Source of the DNA: Eledone cirrhosa
Lineage: Eukaryota
DNA: 64,000 nucleotides
Direction of reading: 5' to 3'
NCBI GenBank assembly: GCA_964016885.1
Contig: OZ024743.1
Span: 207,018,001 to 207,082,000 of the forward strand
Both the position numbers and the translations under genes were made by a program. The notes below the pieces were generated by a model that worked only from the letters and a program-made list of their open reading frames with translations, searched no databases and was not told the origin of the DNA. Shown in pieces: positions 1 through 12,900 of the stretch. Position 1 is the first letter of the stretch. The number at the start of each line of letters is the position of its first letter.

Positions 1-3000
1 TGGTACCATATATACACTGAAAGGAGCCCATCCCACTGGTCAGCTCTGATACTGATCCTTGGTACCAGATAAACACTGAAATGAGCTCATCCCACTGGTC
101 AGCTTCAGCATACTGATCCTTGGTACCATATATACACTGCTGGAAGCTCATCCCACTGGTCAGCTCTGATACTGATCCTTGGTACCATATATACGCTGAA
201 GGGAGCTCATCCCACTGGTTAGCTCTGATACTGATCCTTGGTACCATGTATACACTTAAGGGAGCTCATCTCACTGGTCAGCTCTGATACTGATCCTTGG
301 TACCATATATACACTACTGGGAGCTCATCCCACTAGTCAGCTCCAGCATACTGATCCTTGTTACCATATATACACTGAAGGGAGCTCATCCCACAGGTCA
401 GCTCTGATACTGATCCTTGGCACCATATATACACTGAAGGGAGCTCATCCCACTGGTCAGCTCTGATACTGATCCTTGGTACCAGATAAACACTGAAAGG
501 AGCTCATCCCACTGGTCAGCTCCAGCATACTGATCCTTGGCACCATATATTCACTGCTAGGAGCTCATCCCACTGGTCAGCTCCAGCATACTGATCCTTG
601 GTACCATATATACACTGCTGGGAGCTCATCCCACTGGTCAGCTCCAGCATACTGATCCTTGGTACCATATATACACATTGCAGGGAGCTCATCCCACTGG
701 TCAGCTCTGATACTGATACTTGGTACCATATATACACTGAAGGGAGCTCATCCCACTGGTCAGCTCTGATACTAATCCTTGGTAACATATATACACTGAA
801 GGGAGCTCATCCCACTGGTCAGCTCCAGCATACTGATCCTTGGTACCAGATAAACACTGAAGGGAGCTCATCCCACTGGTTAGCTCTGATACTGATCCTT
901 GGTACCATATATACACTGAGGGTGCTCATCCCACTGGTCAGCTCTGATACTGATCCTTGGTGCCATATATACACTGAAGGGAGCTCATCCCACTGGTCAG
1001 CTCTGATACTGATCCTTGGCACCATATATACACTGCTGGGAGCTCATCCCACTGGTCAGCTCTGATACTGATCCTTGGTACCATATATACACTGCAGGGA
1101 GCTCATCCCACTGATCAGCTCTGATACTGATCCTTGGCACCATATATACACTGCTGGGAGCTCATCCCACTGGTCAGCTCTGATACTGATCCTTGGCACC
1201 ATATATACACTGCTGGGAGCTCATCCCACAGGTCAGCTCCAGCATACTGATCCTTGGTACCATATGTACACTGAAGGGAGCTCATCCCACAGGTCAGCTC
1301 TGATACTGATTCTTGGTACCATATATACACTGAAGGGAGCTCATCCCACAGGTCAGCTCTGATACTGATTCTTGGTATCATATATACACTGAAGGGAGCT
1401 CATCCCACAGGTCAGCTCCAGCATACTGATCCTTGGTACCATATGTACACTGAAGGGAGCTCATCCCACAGGTCAGCTCTGATACTGATTCTTGGTACCA
1501 TATATACACTGAAGGGAGATCATGCCACAGGTCAGCTCCAGCATACTGATCCTTGGTACCATATATACACTGAAGGGAGCTCATCCCACTGGTCAGCTCT
1601 GATACTGATTCTTGGTACCATATATACACTGCTGGGAGCTCATCTCACTGGTCAGCTCCAGCATACAGATCCTTGGTACCATATATACACTGCAGGGAGC
1701 TCATCCCACTGGTCAGCTCTGATACTGATTCTTGGTACCATATATACACTGAAGGGAGCTCATCCCACTTGTCAGCTCTGATACTAATCCTTGGAACCAT
1801 ATATACACTGCTGGGAGCTCATCCCACTGGTCAGCTCTGATACTGATTCTTAGTACTATATATACACTGCTGGGAGCTCATCCCACTGGTCAGCTCCAGC
1901 ATACTGATCCTTGGTACCATATATACACTGCTGGGAGCTCATCCCACTGGTCAGCTCTGATACTGATCCTTGGTACCATATATACACTGCTGGGAGCTCA
2001 TCCCACTGGTCAGCTCCAGCATACTGATCCTTGGTACCATATATACACTGTAGGGAGCTCATCCCACTGGTCAGCTCTGATACTGATGCTTGGCACCATA
2101 TATACACTACTGGGAGCTCATCCCACTGGTCAGCTCTGATACTGATCCTTGGTACCATATATACACTGAAAGGAGCCCATCCCACTGGTCAGCTCTGATA
2201 CTGATCCTTGGTACCAGATAAACACTGAAAGGAGCTCATCCCACTGGTCAGCTCCAGCATACTGATCCTTGGTACCATATATACACTGCTGGGAGCTCAT
2301 CCAACTGGTCAGCTCTGATACTGATCCTTGGTACCATATATACACTGAAGGGAGCTGATCCCACTGGTCAGCTCTGATACTGATCCTTGGTGCCATATAT
2401 ACACTGCAGGGAGCTCATCCCACTGGTCAGATCTGATACTGATCCTTGGCACCATATATACACTGAAAGGAGCCCATCCCACTGGTCAGCTCTGATACTG
2501 ATCCTTGGTACCAGATAAACACTGAAATGAGCTCATCCCACTGGTCAGCTTCAGCATACTGATCCTTGGTACCATATATACACTGCTGGAAGCTCATCCC
2601 ACTGGTCAGCTCTGATACTGATCCTTGGTACCATATATACGCTGAAGGGAGCTCATCCCACTGGTTAGCTCTGATACTGATCCTTGGTACCATATATACA
2701 CTTAAGGGAGCTCATCTCACTGGTCAGCTCTGATACTGATCCTTGGTACCATATATACACTACTGGGAGCTCATCCCACTAGTCAGCTCCAGCATACTGA
2801 TCCTTGTTACCATATATACACTGAAGGGAGCTCATCCCACAGGTCAGCTCTGATACTGATCCTTGGCACCATATATACACTGAAGGGAGCTCATCCCACT
2901 GGTCAGCTCTGATACTGATCCTTGGTACCAGATAAACACTGAAAGGAGCTCATCCCACTGGTCAGCTCCAGCATACTGATCCTTGGCACCATATATTCAC

Positions 3001-6000
3001 TGCTAGGAGCTCATCCCACTGGTCAGCTCCAGCATACTGATCCTTGGTACCATATATACACTGCTGGGAGCTCATCCCACTGGTCAGCTCCAGCATACTG
3101 TTCCTTGGTACCATATATACACTGCAAGGAGCTCAACCCACTGGTCAGCTCCAGCATACTGATCCTTGGCACCATATATTCACTGCTAGGAGCTCATCCC
3201 ACTGGTCAGCTCCAGCATACTGATCCTTGGTACCATATATACACTGCTGGGAGCTCATCCCACTGGTCAACTCCAGCATACTGATCTTGGTACCATATAT
3301 ACACTGCAGGGAGCTCATCCCACTGGTCAGCTCTGATACTGATCCTTGGTACCATATATACACTGCTGGGAGCTTATCCCACTGGTCAGCTCTGATACTG
3401 ATCCTTGGTACCATATATACACTGCAGGGAGCTCATCCCACTGGTCAGCTCTGATACTGATCCTTGGTACCATATATACACTGAAGGGAGCTCATCCCAC
3501 TGGTCAGCTCTGATACTGATCCTTGGTACCATCTATACACTGAAGGGAGCTCATCCCACTGGTCAGCTCTGATACTGATCCTTGGTACCATATATACACT
3601 GCAGGGAGCTCATCCCACTGGTCAGCTCTGATACTGATGCTTGGCACCATATATACACTACTGGGAGCTCATCCCACTGTTCAGCTCTGATACTGATCCT
3701 TGGTACCATATATACACTGAAAGGAGCCCATCCCACTGGTCAGCTCTGATACTGATCCTTGGTACCAGATAAACACTGAAAGGAGCTCATCCCACTGGTC
3801 AGCTCCAGCATACTGATCCTTGGTACCATATATACACTGCTGGGAGCTCATCCAACTGGTCAGCTCTGATACTGATCCTTGGTACCATATATACACTGAA
3901 GGGAGCTGATCCCACTGGTCAGCTCTGATACTGATCCTTGGTGCCATATATACACTGCAGGGAGCTCATCCCACTGGTCAGATCTGATACTGATCCTTGG
4001 CACCATATATACACTGAAAGGAGCCCATCCCACTGGTCAGCTCTGATACTGATCCTTGGTACCAGATAAACACTGAAATGAGCTCATCCCACTGGTCAGC
4101 TTCAGCATACTGATCCTTGGTACCATATATACACTGCTGGAAGCTCATCCCACTGGTCAGCTCTGATACTGATCCTTGGTACCATATATACGCTGAAGGG
4201 AGCTCATCCCACTGGTTAGCTCTGATACTGATCCTTGGTACCATATATACACTTAAGGGAGCTCATCTCACTGGTCAGCTCTGATACTGATCCTTGGTAC
4301 CATATATACACTACTGGGAGCTCATCCCACTAGTCAGCTCCAGCATACTGATCCTTGTTACCATATATACACTGAAGGGAGCTCATCCCACAGGTCAGCT
4401 CTGATAGTGATCCTTGGCACCATATATACACTGAAGGGAGCTCATCCCACTGGTCAGCTCTGATACTGATCCTTGGTACCAGATAAACACTGAAAGGAGC
4501 TCATCCCACTGGTCAGCTCCAGCATACTGATCCTTGGCACCATATATTCACTGCTAGGAGCTCATCCCACTGGTCAGCTCCAGCATACTGATCCTTGGTA
4601 CCATATATACACTGCTGGGAGCTCATCCCACTGGTCAGCTCCAGCATACTGATCCTTGGTACCATATATACACATTGCAGGGAGCTCATCCCACTGGTCA
4701 GCTCTGATACTGATACTTGGTACCATATATACACTGAAGGGAGCTCATCCCACTGGTCAGCTCTGATACTAATCCTTGGTAACATATATACACTGAAGGG
4801 AGCTCATCCCACTGGTCAGCTCCAGCATACTGATCCTTGGTACCAGATAAACACTGAAGGGAGCTCATCCCACTGGTTAGCTCTGATACTGATCCTTGGT
4901 ACCATATATACACTGAGGGTGCTCATCCCACTGGTCAGCTCTGATACTGATCCTTGGTACCATATATACACTGAAGGGAGCTCATCCCACTGGTCAGCTC
5001 TGATACTGATCCTTGGCACCATATATACACTGCTGGGAGCTCATCCCACTGGTCAGCTCTGAAACTGATCCTTGGTACCATATATACACTGCAGGGAGCT
5101 CATCCCACTGATCAGCTCTGATACTGATCCTTGGCACCATATATACACTGCTGGGAGCTCATCCCACAGGTCAGCTCCAGCATACTGATCCTTGGTACCA
5201 TATGTACACTGAAGGGAGCTCATCCCACAGGTCAGCTCTGATACTGATTCTTGGTACCATATATACACTGAAGGGAGCTCATCCCACAGGTCAGCTCTGA
5301 TACTGATTCTTGGTATCATATATACACTGAAGGGAGCTCATCCCACAGGTCAGCTCCAGCATACTGATCCTTGGTACCATATGTACACTGAAGGGAGCTC
5401 ATCCCACAGGTCAGCTCTGATACTGATTCTTGGTACCATATATACACTGAAGGGAGATCATGCCACAGGTCAGCTCCAGCATACTGATCCTTGGTACCAT
5501 ATATACACTGAAGGGAGCTCATCCCACTGGTCAGCTCTGATACTGATTCTTGGTACCATATATACACTGCTGGGAGCTCATCTCACTGGTCAGCTCCAGC
5601 ATACAGATCCTTGGTACCATATATACACTGCAGGGAGCTCATCCCACTGGTCAGCTCTGATACTGATTCTTGGTACCATATATACACTGAAGGGAGCTCA
5701 TCCCACTTGTCAGCTCTGATACTAATCCTTGGAACCATATATACACTGCTGGGAGCTCATCCCACTGGTCAGCTCTGATACTGATTCTTAGTACCATATA
5801 TACACTGCTGGGAGCTCATCCCACTGGTCAGCTCCAGCATACTGATCCTTGGTACCATATATACACTGCTGGGAGCTCATCCCACTGGTCAGCTCTGATA
5901 CTGATCCTTGGTACCATATATACAGTGCTGGGAGCTCATCCCACTGGTCAGCTCCAGCATACTGATCCTTGGTACCATATATACACTGCTGGGAGCTCAT

Positions 6001-8400
6001 CCCACTGGTCTGCTCTGATACTGATCCTTGGTACCATATATACACTGAAGGGAGCTCATCCCACTGGTCAGCTCTGATACTGATCCTTGGTACCATCTAT
6101 ACACTGAAGGGAGCTCATCCCACTGGTCAGCTCTGATACTGATCCTTGGTACCATATATACACTGCAGGGAGCTCATCCCACTGGTCAGCTCTGATACTG
6201 ATGCTTGGCACCATATATACACTACTGGGAGCTCATCCCACTGGTCAGCTCTGATACTGATCCTTGGTACCATATATACACTGAAAGGAGCCCATCCCAC
6301 TGGTCAGCTCTGATACTGATCCTTGGTACCAGATAAACACTGAAAGGAGCTCATCCCACTGGTCAGCTCCAGCATACTGATCCTTGGTACCATATATACA
6401 CTGCTGGGAGCTCATCCAACTGGTCAGCTCTGATACTGATCCTTGGTACCATATATACACTGAAGGGAGCTGATCCCACTGGTCAGCTCTGATACTGATC
6501 CTTGGTGCCATATATACACTGCAGGGAGCTCATCCCACTGGTCAGATCTGATACTGATCCTTGGCACCATATATACACTGAAAGGAGCCCATCCCACTGG
6601 TCAGCTCTGATACTGATCCTTGGTACCAGATAAACACTGAAATGAGCTCATCCCACTGGTCAGCTTCAGCATACTGATCCTTGGTACCATATATACACTG
6701 CTGGAAGCTCATCCCACTGGTCAGCTCTGATACTGATCCTTGGTACCATATATACGCTGAAGGGAGCTCATCCCACTGGTTAGCTCTGATACTGATCCTT
6801 GGTACCATATATACACTTAAGGGAGCTCATCTCACTGGTCAGCTCTGATACTGATCCTTGGTACCATATATACACTACTGGGAGCTCATCCCACTAGTCA
6901 GCTCCAGCATACTGATCCATGTTACCATATATACACTGAAGGGAGCTCATCCCACAGGTCAGCTCTGATACTGATCCTTGGCACCATATATACACTGAAG
7001 GGAGCTCATCCCACTGGTCAGCTCTGATACTGATCCTTGGTACCAGATAAACACTGAAAGGAGCTCATCCCACTGGTCAGCTCCAGCATACTGATCCTTG
7101 GCACCATATATTCACTGCTAGGAGCTCATCCCACTGGTCAGCTCCAGCATACTGATCCTTGGTACCATATATACACTGCTGGGAGCTCATCCCACTGGTC
7201 AGCTCCAGCATACTGATCCTTGGTACCATATATACACTGCAGGGAGCTCATCCCACTGGTCAGCTCTGATACTGATACTTGGTACCATATATACACTGAA
7301 GGGAGCTCATCCCACTGGTCAGCTCTGATACTAATCCTTGGTAACATATATACACTGAAGGGAGCTCATCCCACTGGTCAGCTCCAGCATACTGATCCTT
7401 GGTACCAGATAAACACTGAAGGGAGCTCATCCCACTGGTTAGCTCTGATACTGATCCTTGGTACCATATATACACTGAGGGTGCTCATCCCACTGGTCAG
7501 CTCTGATACTGATCCTTGGTACCATATATACACTGAAGGGAGCTCATCCCACTGGTCAGCTCTGATACTGATCCTTGGCACCATATATACACTGCTGGGA
7601 GCTCATCCCACTGGTCAGCTCTGATACTGATCCTTGGTACCATATATACACTGCAGGGAGCTCATCCCACTGATCAGCTCTGATACTGATCCTTGGCACC
7701 ATATATACACTGCTGGGAGCTCATCCCACTGGTCAGCTCTGATACTGATCCTTGGCACCATATATACACTGCTGGGAGCTCATCCCACAGGTCAGCTCCA
7801 GCATACTGATCCTTGGTACCATATGTACACTGAAGGGAGCTCATCCCACAGGTCAGCTCTGATACTGATTCTTGGTACCATATATACACTGAAGGGAGCT
7901 CATCCCACAGGTCAGCTCTGATACTGATTCTTGGTATCATATATACACTGAAGGGAGCTCATCCCACAGGTCAGCTCCAGCATACTGATCCTTGGTACCA
8001 TATGTACACTGAAGGGAGCTCATCCCACAGGTCAGCTCTGATACTGATTCTTGGTACCATATATACACTGAAGGGAGATCATGCCACAGGTCAGCTCCAG
8101 CATACTGATCCTTGGTACCATATATACACTGAAGGGAGCTCATCCCACTGGTCAGCTCTGATACTGATTCTTGGTACCATATATACACTGCTGGGAGCTC
8201 ATCTCACTGGTCAGCTCCAGCATACAGATCCTTGGTACCATATATACACTGCAGGGAGCTCATCCCACTGGTCAGCTCTGATACTGATTCTTGGTACCAT
8301 ATATACACTGAAGGGAGCTCATCCCACTTGTCAGCTCTGATACTAATCCTTGGAACCATATATACACTGCTGGGAGCTCATCCCACTGGTCAGCTCTGAT
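1..8400. repeat. Higher-order block: about three copies of a ~2.5-kb cycle plus a partial copy at 1551-bp spacing
   Basis: Identical ORF translations recur at 701/4698/7260, 1378/5316/7937, 2130/3681/6245 and 2427/3978/6542. The marker ACTGAGGGTGCTC (58-bp monomer) occurs near 915, 4912 and 7474. Confidence 0.85.
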
Positions 8401-9130
8401 ACTGATTCTTAGTACCATATATACACTGCTGGGAGCTCATCCCACTGGTCAGCTCCAGCATACTGATCCTTGGTACCATATATACACTGCTGGGAGCTCA
8501 TCCCACTGGTCAGCTCTGATACTGATCCTTGGTACCATATATACACTGCTGGGAGCTCATCCCACTGGTCAGCTCCAGCATACTGATCCTTGGTACCATA
8601 TATACACTGCTGGGAGCTCATCCCACTGGTCAGCTCTGATACTGATTCTTAGTACCATATATACACTGCTGGGAGCTCATCCCACTGGTCAGCTCCAGCA
8701 TACTGATCCTTGGTACCATATATACACTGCTGGGAGCTCATCCCACTGGTCAGCTCTGATACTGATCCTTGGTACCAAATATACACTGCTGGGAGCTCAG
8801 CCCACTGGTCAGCTCTGATACTGATCCTTGGTACCATATATACACTGCTGGGAGCTCATCCCACTGGTCAGCTCTGATACTGATTCTTAGTACCATATAT
8901 ACACTGCTGGGAGCTCATCCCACTGGTCAGCTCCAGCATACTGATCCTTGGTACCATATATACACTGCTGGGAGCTCATCCCACTGGTCAGCTCTGATAC
9001 TGATCCTTGGTACCATATATACACTGCTGGGAGCTCATCCCACTGGTCAGCTCTGATACTGATTCTTAGTACCATATATACACTGCTGGGAGCTCATCCC
9101 ACTGGTCAGCTCCAGCATACTGATCCTTGG
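8400..9130. repeat. Locally homogenised patch of GCT-type monomers with a 3-4-monomer period
   Basis: The marker ACTGATTCTTAGTACC occurs at 8401, 8641, 8879 and 9058 (spacings 240, 238, 179 bp). All monomers in the patch are ACTGCTGGG type. Confidence 0.85.
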
Positions 9131-9974
9131 TACCATATATACACTGCAGGGAGCTCATCCCACTGGTCAGCTCTGATACTGATCCTTGGTAACATATATA
9201 CACTGCTGGGAGCTCTTCCCACTGGTCAGCTCTGATACTGATCCTTGGTACCATATATACACTACTTGGAGCTCATCCCACTTGTCAGCTCTGATACTGA
9301 TCCTTGGTACCATATATACACTGAAGGGAGCTCATCCCGCTGGCCAGCTCTGATACTTATCCTTGGTACCATATATACACTGCTGGGAGCTCATCCAAAT
9401 GGTCAGCTCTGATACTGATCCTTGTTACCATATATACACGGCAAGGAGCTCATCCCACTGGTCAGCTCTGATACTGATCCTTGGTACCATATATACACTG
9501 CAGGGAGCTCATCCCACTGGTCAGCTCCAGCATACAGATCCTTGGTACCATATATACACTGCTGGGAGCTCATCCCACTTGTCAGCTCTGATACTGATCC
9601 TTGGCACCATATGTACACTGCTGGGAGCTCATCCCACTGGTCAGCTCTGATACTGATCCTTGGTACCATATATACACTGAAGGGAGCTCATCCCACTGGT
9701 CAGCTCTGATACTGATCCTTGGTACCATATATACACTGCAGGGAGCTCATCCCATTGGTCAGCTCCAGCATACAAATCATTGGTACCATATATACACTGC
9801 GGGGAGCTCATCCCACTGGTCAGCTCCAGCATACTGATCCTTGGTACCATATATACACTGCTGGGAGCTCATCCCACTGGTCCGCTCTGATACTGATCCT
9901 TGGTACCATATATACACTGCTGGGAGCTCATCCCACTGGTCAGCTCTGATACTGATCCTTGGTAACAAATATAC

Positions 9975-12900
9975 ACTGAAGGGAGCTCATCCCACTGGTC
10001 AGCTCTGATACTGATCCTTGGAACCATATATACACTGCTGGGAGCTCATCCCACTGGTCAGCTCTGATACTGATCCTTGGCACCATATATACACTGCTGG
10101 GAGCTCATCCCACTGGTCAGCTCTGATACTGATCCTTGGTACCATATATACACTGCTGGGAGCTCATCCCACTGGTCAGCTCCAGCATACTGATCCTTGG
10201 TACCATATATACGCTACTGGGAGCTCATCCTACTGGTCAGCTCTGATACTGATCCTTGGTACCATATATACACTGAAGGGAGCTCATCCCACTGGTCAGC
10301 TCTGATACTGATCCTTGGTACCATATATACACTGCTGGGATCTCATCCCACTGGTCAGCTCTAGCATACTGATCCTTGGTACCATATATACGCTACTGGG
10401 AGCACATGCCACTGGTCAGCTCTGATACTGATCCTTGGCACCATATATACACTGCTGGGAGCTCATCCCACTGGTCAGCTCTGATACTGATCCTTGGCAC
10501 CATATATACACTGCTGGGAGCTCATCCCACTGGTCAGCTCTGATACTGATCATTGGTACCATATATACACTGCTGGGAGCTCATCCCACTGGTCAGCTCT
10601 GATACTGAGCCTTGGTACCATATATACACTGCTGGGAGCTCATCCCACTGGTCAGCATCAGCATACTGATCCTTGGTACCATATATACACTGTGGGGAGC
10701 TCATCCTACTGGTCAGCTCTGATACTGATCCTTGGTACCATATATACACTGAAGGGAGCTCATCCCACTGGTCAGCTCTGATACTGATCCTTGGTACCAT
10801 ATATACACTGAAGGGAGCTCATCCCACTGGTCAGCTCCAGCATACTGATCCTTGGCACCATATATTCACTGCTAGGAGCTCATCCCACTGGTCAGCTCCA
10901 GCATAGTGATCCTTGGTACCATATATACACTGCTGGGAGCTCATCCCACTGGTCAGCTCCAGCATACTGATCCTTGGTACCATATATACGCTACTGGGAG
11001 CTCATCCTACTGGTCAGCTCTGATACTGATCCTTGGTACCATATATACACTGAAGGGAGCTCATCCCACTGGTCAGCTCTGATACTGATCCTTGGTACCA
11101 TATATACACTGCTCGGAGCTCATCCCACTGGTCAGCTCTGATACTGATCCTTGGCACCATATATGCACTGCTGGGAGCTCATCCCACTGGTCAGCTCTGA
11201 TACTGATCCTTGGTGCCATATATACACTGCTGGGAGCTCATCCCACTGGTCAGCTCCAGCATACTGATCCTTGGTACCATATATACTCTGCTGGGAGCTC
11301 ATCCCACTGGTCAGCTCTGATACTGATCCTTGGTACCATATATAGATTGCTGCGAGCTCATCCTACTGGTCAGCTCTGATACTGATCCTTGGTACCATAT
11401 ATACACTGAAGGGAGCTCATCCCACTGGTCAGCTCTGATACTGATCCTTGGTACCATATATACACTGCTCGGAGCTCATCCCACTGGTCAGCTCTGATAC
11501 TGATCCTTGGCACCATATATACACTGCTGGGATCTCATCCCACTGGTCAGCTCTGATACTGATCCTTGGTACCATATATACACTGAAGGGAGCTCATCCC
11601 ACTGGTCATTTCTGATACTGATCCTTGGTACCATATATACACTGAAGGGATCTCATCCCACTGGTCAGCTCTGACAGTGATCCTTGGTACCATATATACA
11701 CTGCAGGGAGCTCATCCCACTGGTCAGCTCCAGCATACTGATCCTTGGTACCATATATACACTGCTGGGAGCTCATCCCACTGGTCAGCTCTGATACTGA
11801 TCCTTGGTACCATATATACACTGCAAGGAGCTCAACCCACTGGTCAGCTCCAGCATACTGATCCTTGGCACCATATATTCACTGCTAGGAGCTCATCCCA
11901 CTGGTCAGCTCCAGCATACTGATCCTTGGTACCATATATACACTGCTGGGAGCTCATCCCACTGCTCAGCTCTGATACTGATCCTTGGTACCATATATAC
12001 ACTGAAGGGAGCTGATCCCACTGGTCAGCTCTGATACTGATCCTTGGTACCATATATACACTGCAGGGAGCTCATCCCACTGGTCAGATCTGATACTGAT
12101 CCTTGGCACCATATATACACTGAAAGGAGCCCATCCCACTGGTCAGCTCTGATACTGATCCTTGGTACCAGATAAACACTGAAATGAGCTCATCCCACTG
12201 GTCAGCTTCAGCATACTGATCCTTGGTACCATATATACACTGCTGGAAGCTCATCCCACTGGTCAGCTCTGATACTGATCCTTGGTACCATATATACACT
12301 GAAGGGAGCTCATCCCACTGGTCAGCTCTGATACTGTTCCTTGGTACCATATATACACTTAAGGGAGCTCATCTCACTGGTCAGCTCTGATACTGATCCT
12401 TGGTACCATATATACAATACTGGGAGCTCATCCCACTGGTAAGCTCCAGCATACTGATCCTTGTTACCATATATACACTGAAGGGAGCTCATCCCACTGG
12501 TCAGCTCTGATACTGATCCTTGGTACCATATATACACTGCAGGGAGCTCATCCCACTGGTCAGCTCTGATACTGATCCTTGGCACCATATATACACTGAA
12601 GGGAGCTCATCCCACTGGTCAGCTCTGATACTGATCCTTGGTACCAGATAAACACTGAAAGGAGCTCATCCCACTGGTCAGCTCCAGCATACTGATCCTT
12701 GGTACCAAATATACACTGCTGGGAGCTCATACCACTGGTCAGCTCTGATACTGATCCTTGGTACCATATATACGCTACTGGGAGCTCATCCCACTGGTCA
12801 GCTCCAGCATACTGTTCCTTGGTACCATATATACACTGCAAGGAGCTCAACCCACTGGTCAGCTCCAGCATACTGATCCTTGGCACCTTATATTCACTGC

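Noticed and set aside
8-15. TATA-box promoter in ATATATAC
   Set aside because: It is simply part of each monomer, present about a thousand times with no downstream gene.
38-80. Satellite-embedded hammerhead ribozyme suggested by CTGAT and GAAA
   Set aside because: The CUGANGA core is absent: the + strand has CTGATAC and CTGATCC, the - strand CTGACCA. GAAA occurs in only a minority of monomers and I could not build the three-stem junction. An Infernal/Rfam scan would settle it.
1-120. tRNA, 5S or SINE-derived tandem RNA genes
   Set aside because: I found no Pol III B box (GTTCRA), no cloverleaf and no T-run terminator. Only short hairpins are present (GGGA/TCCC and GGTCAG/CTGATC).
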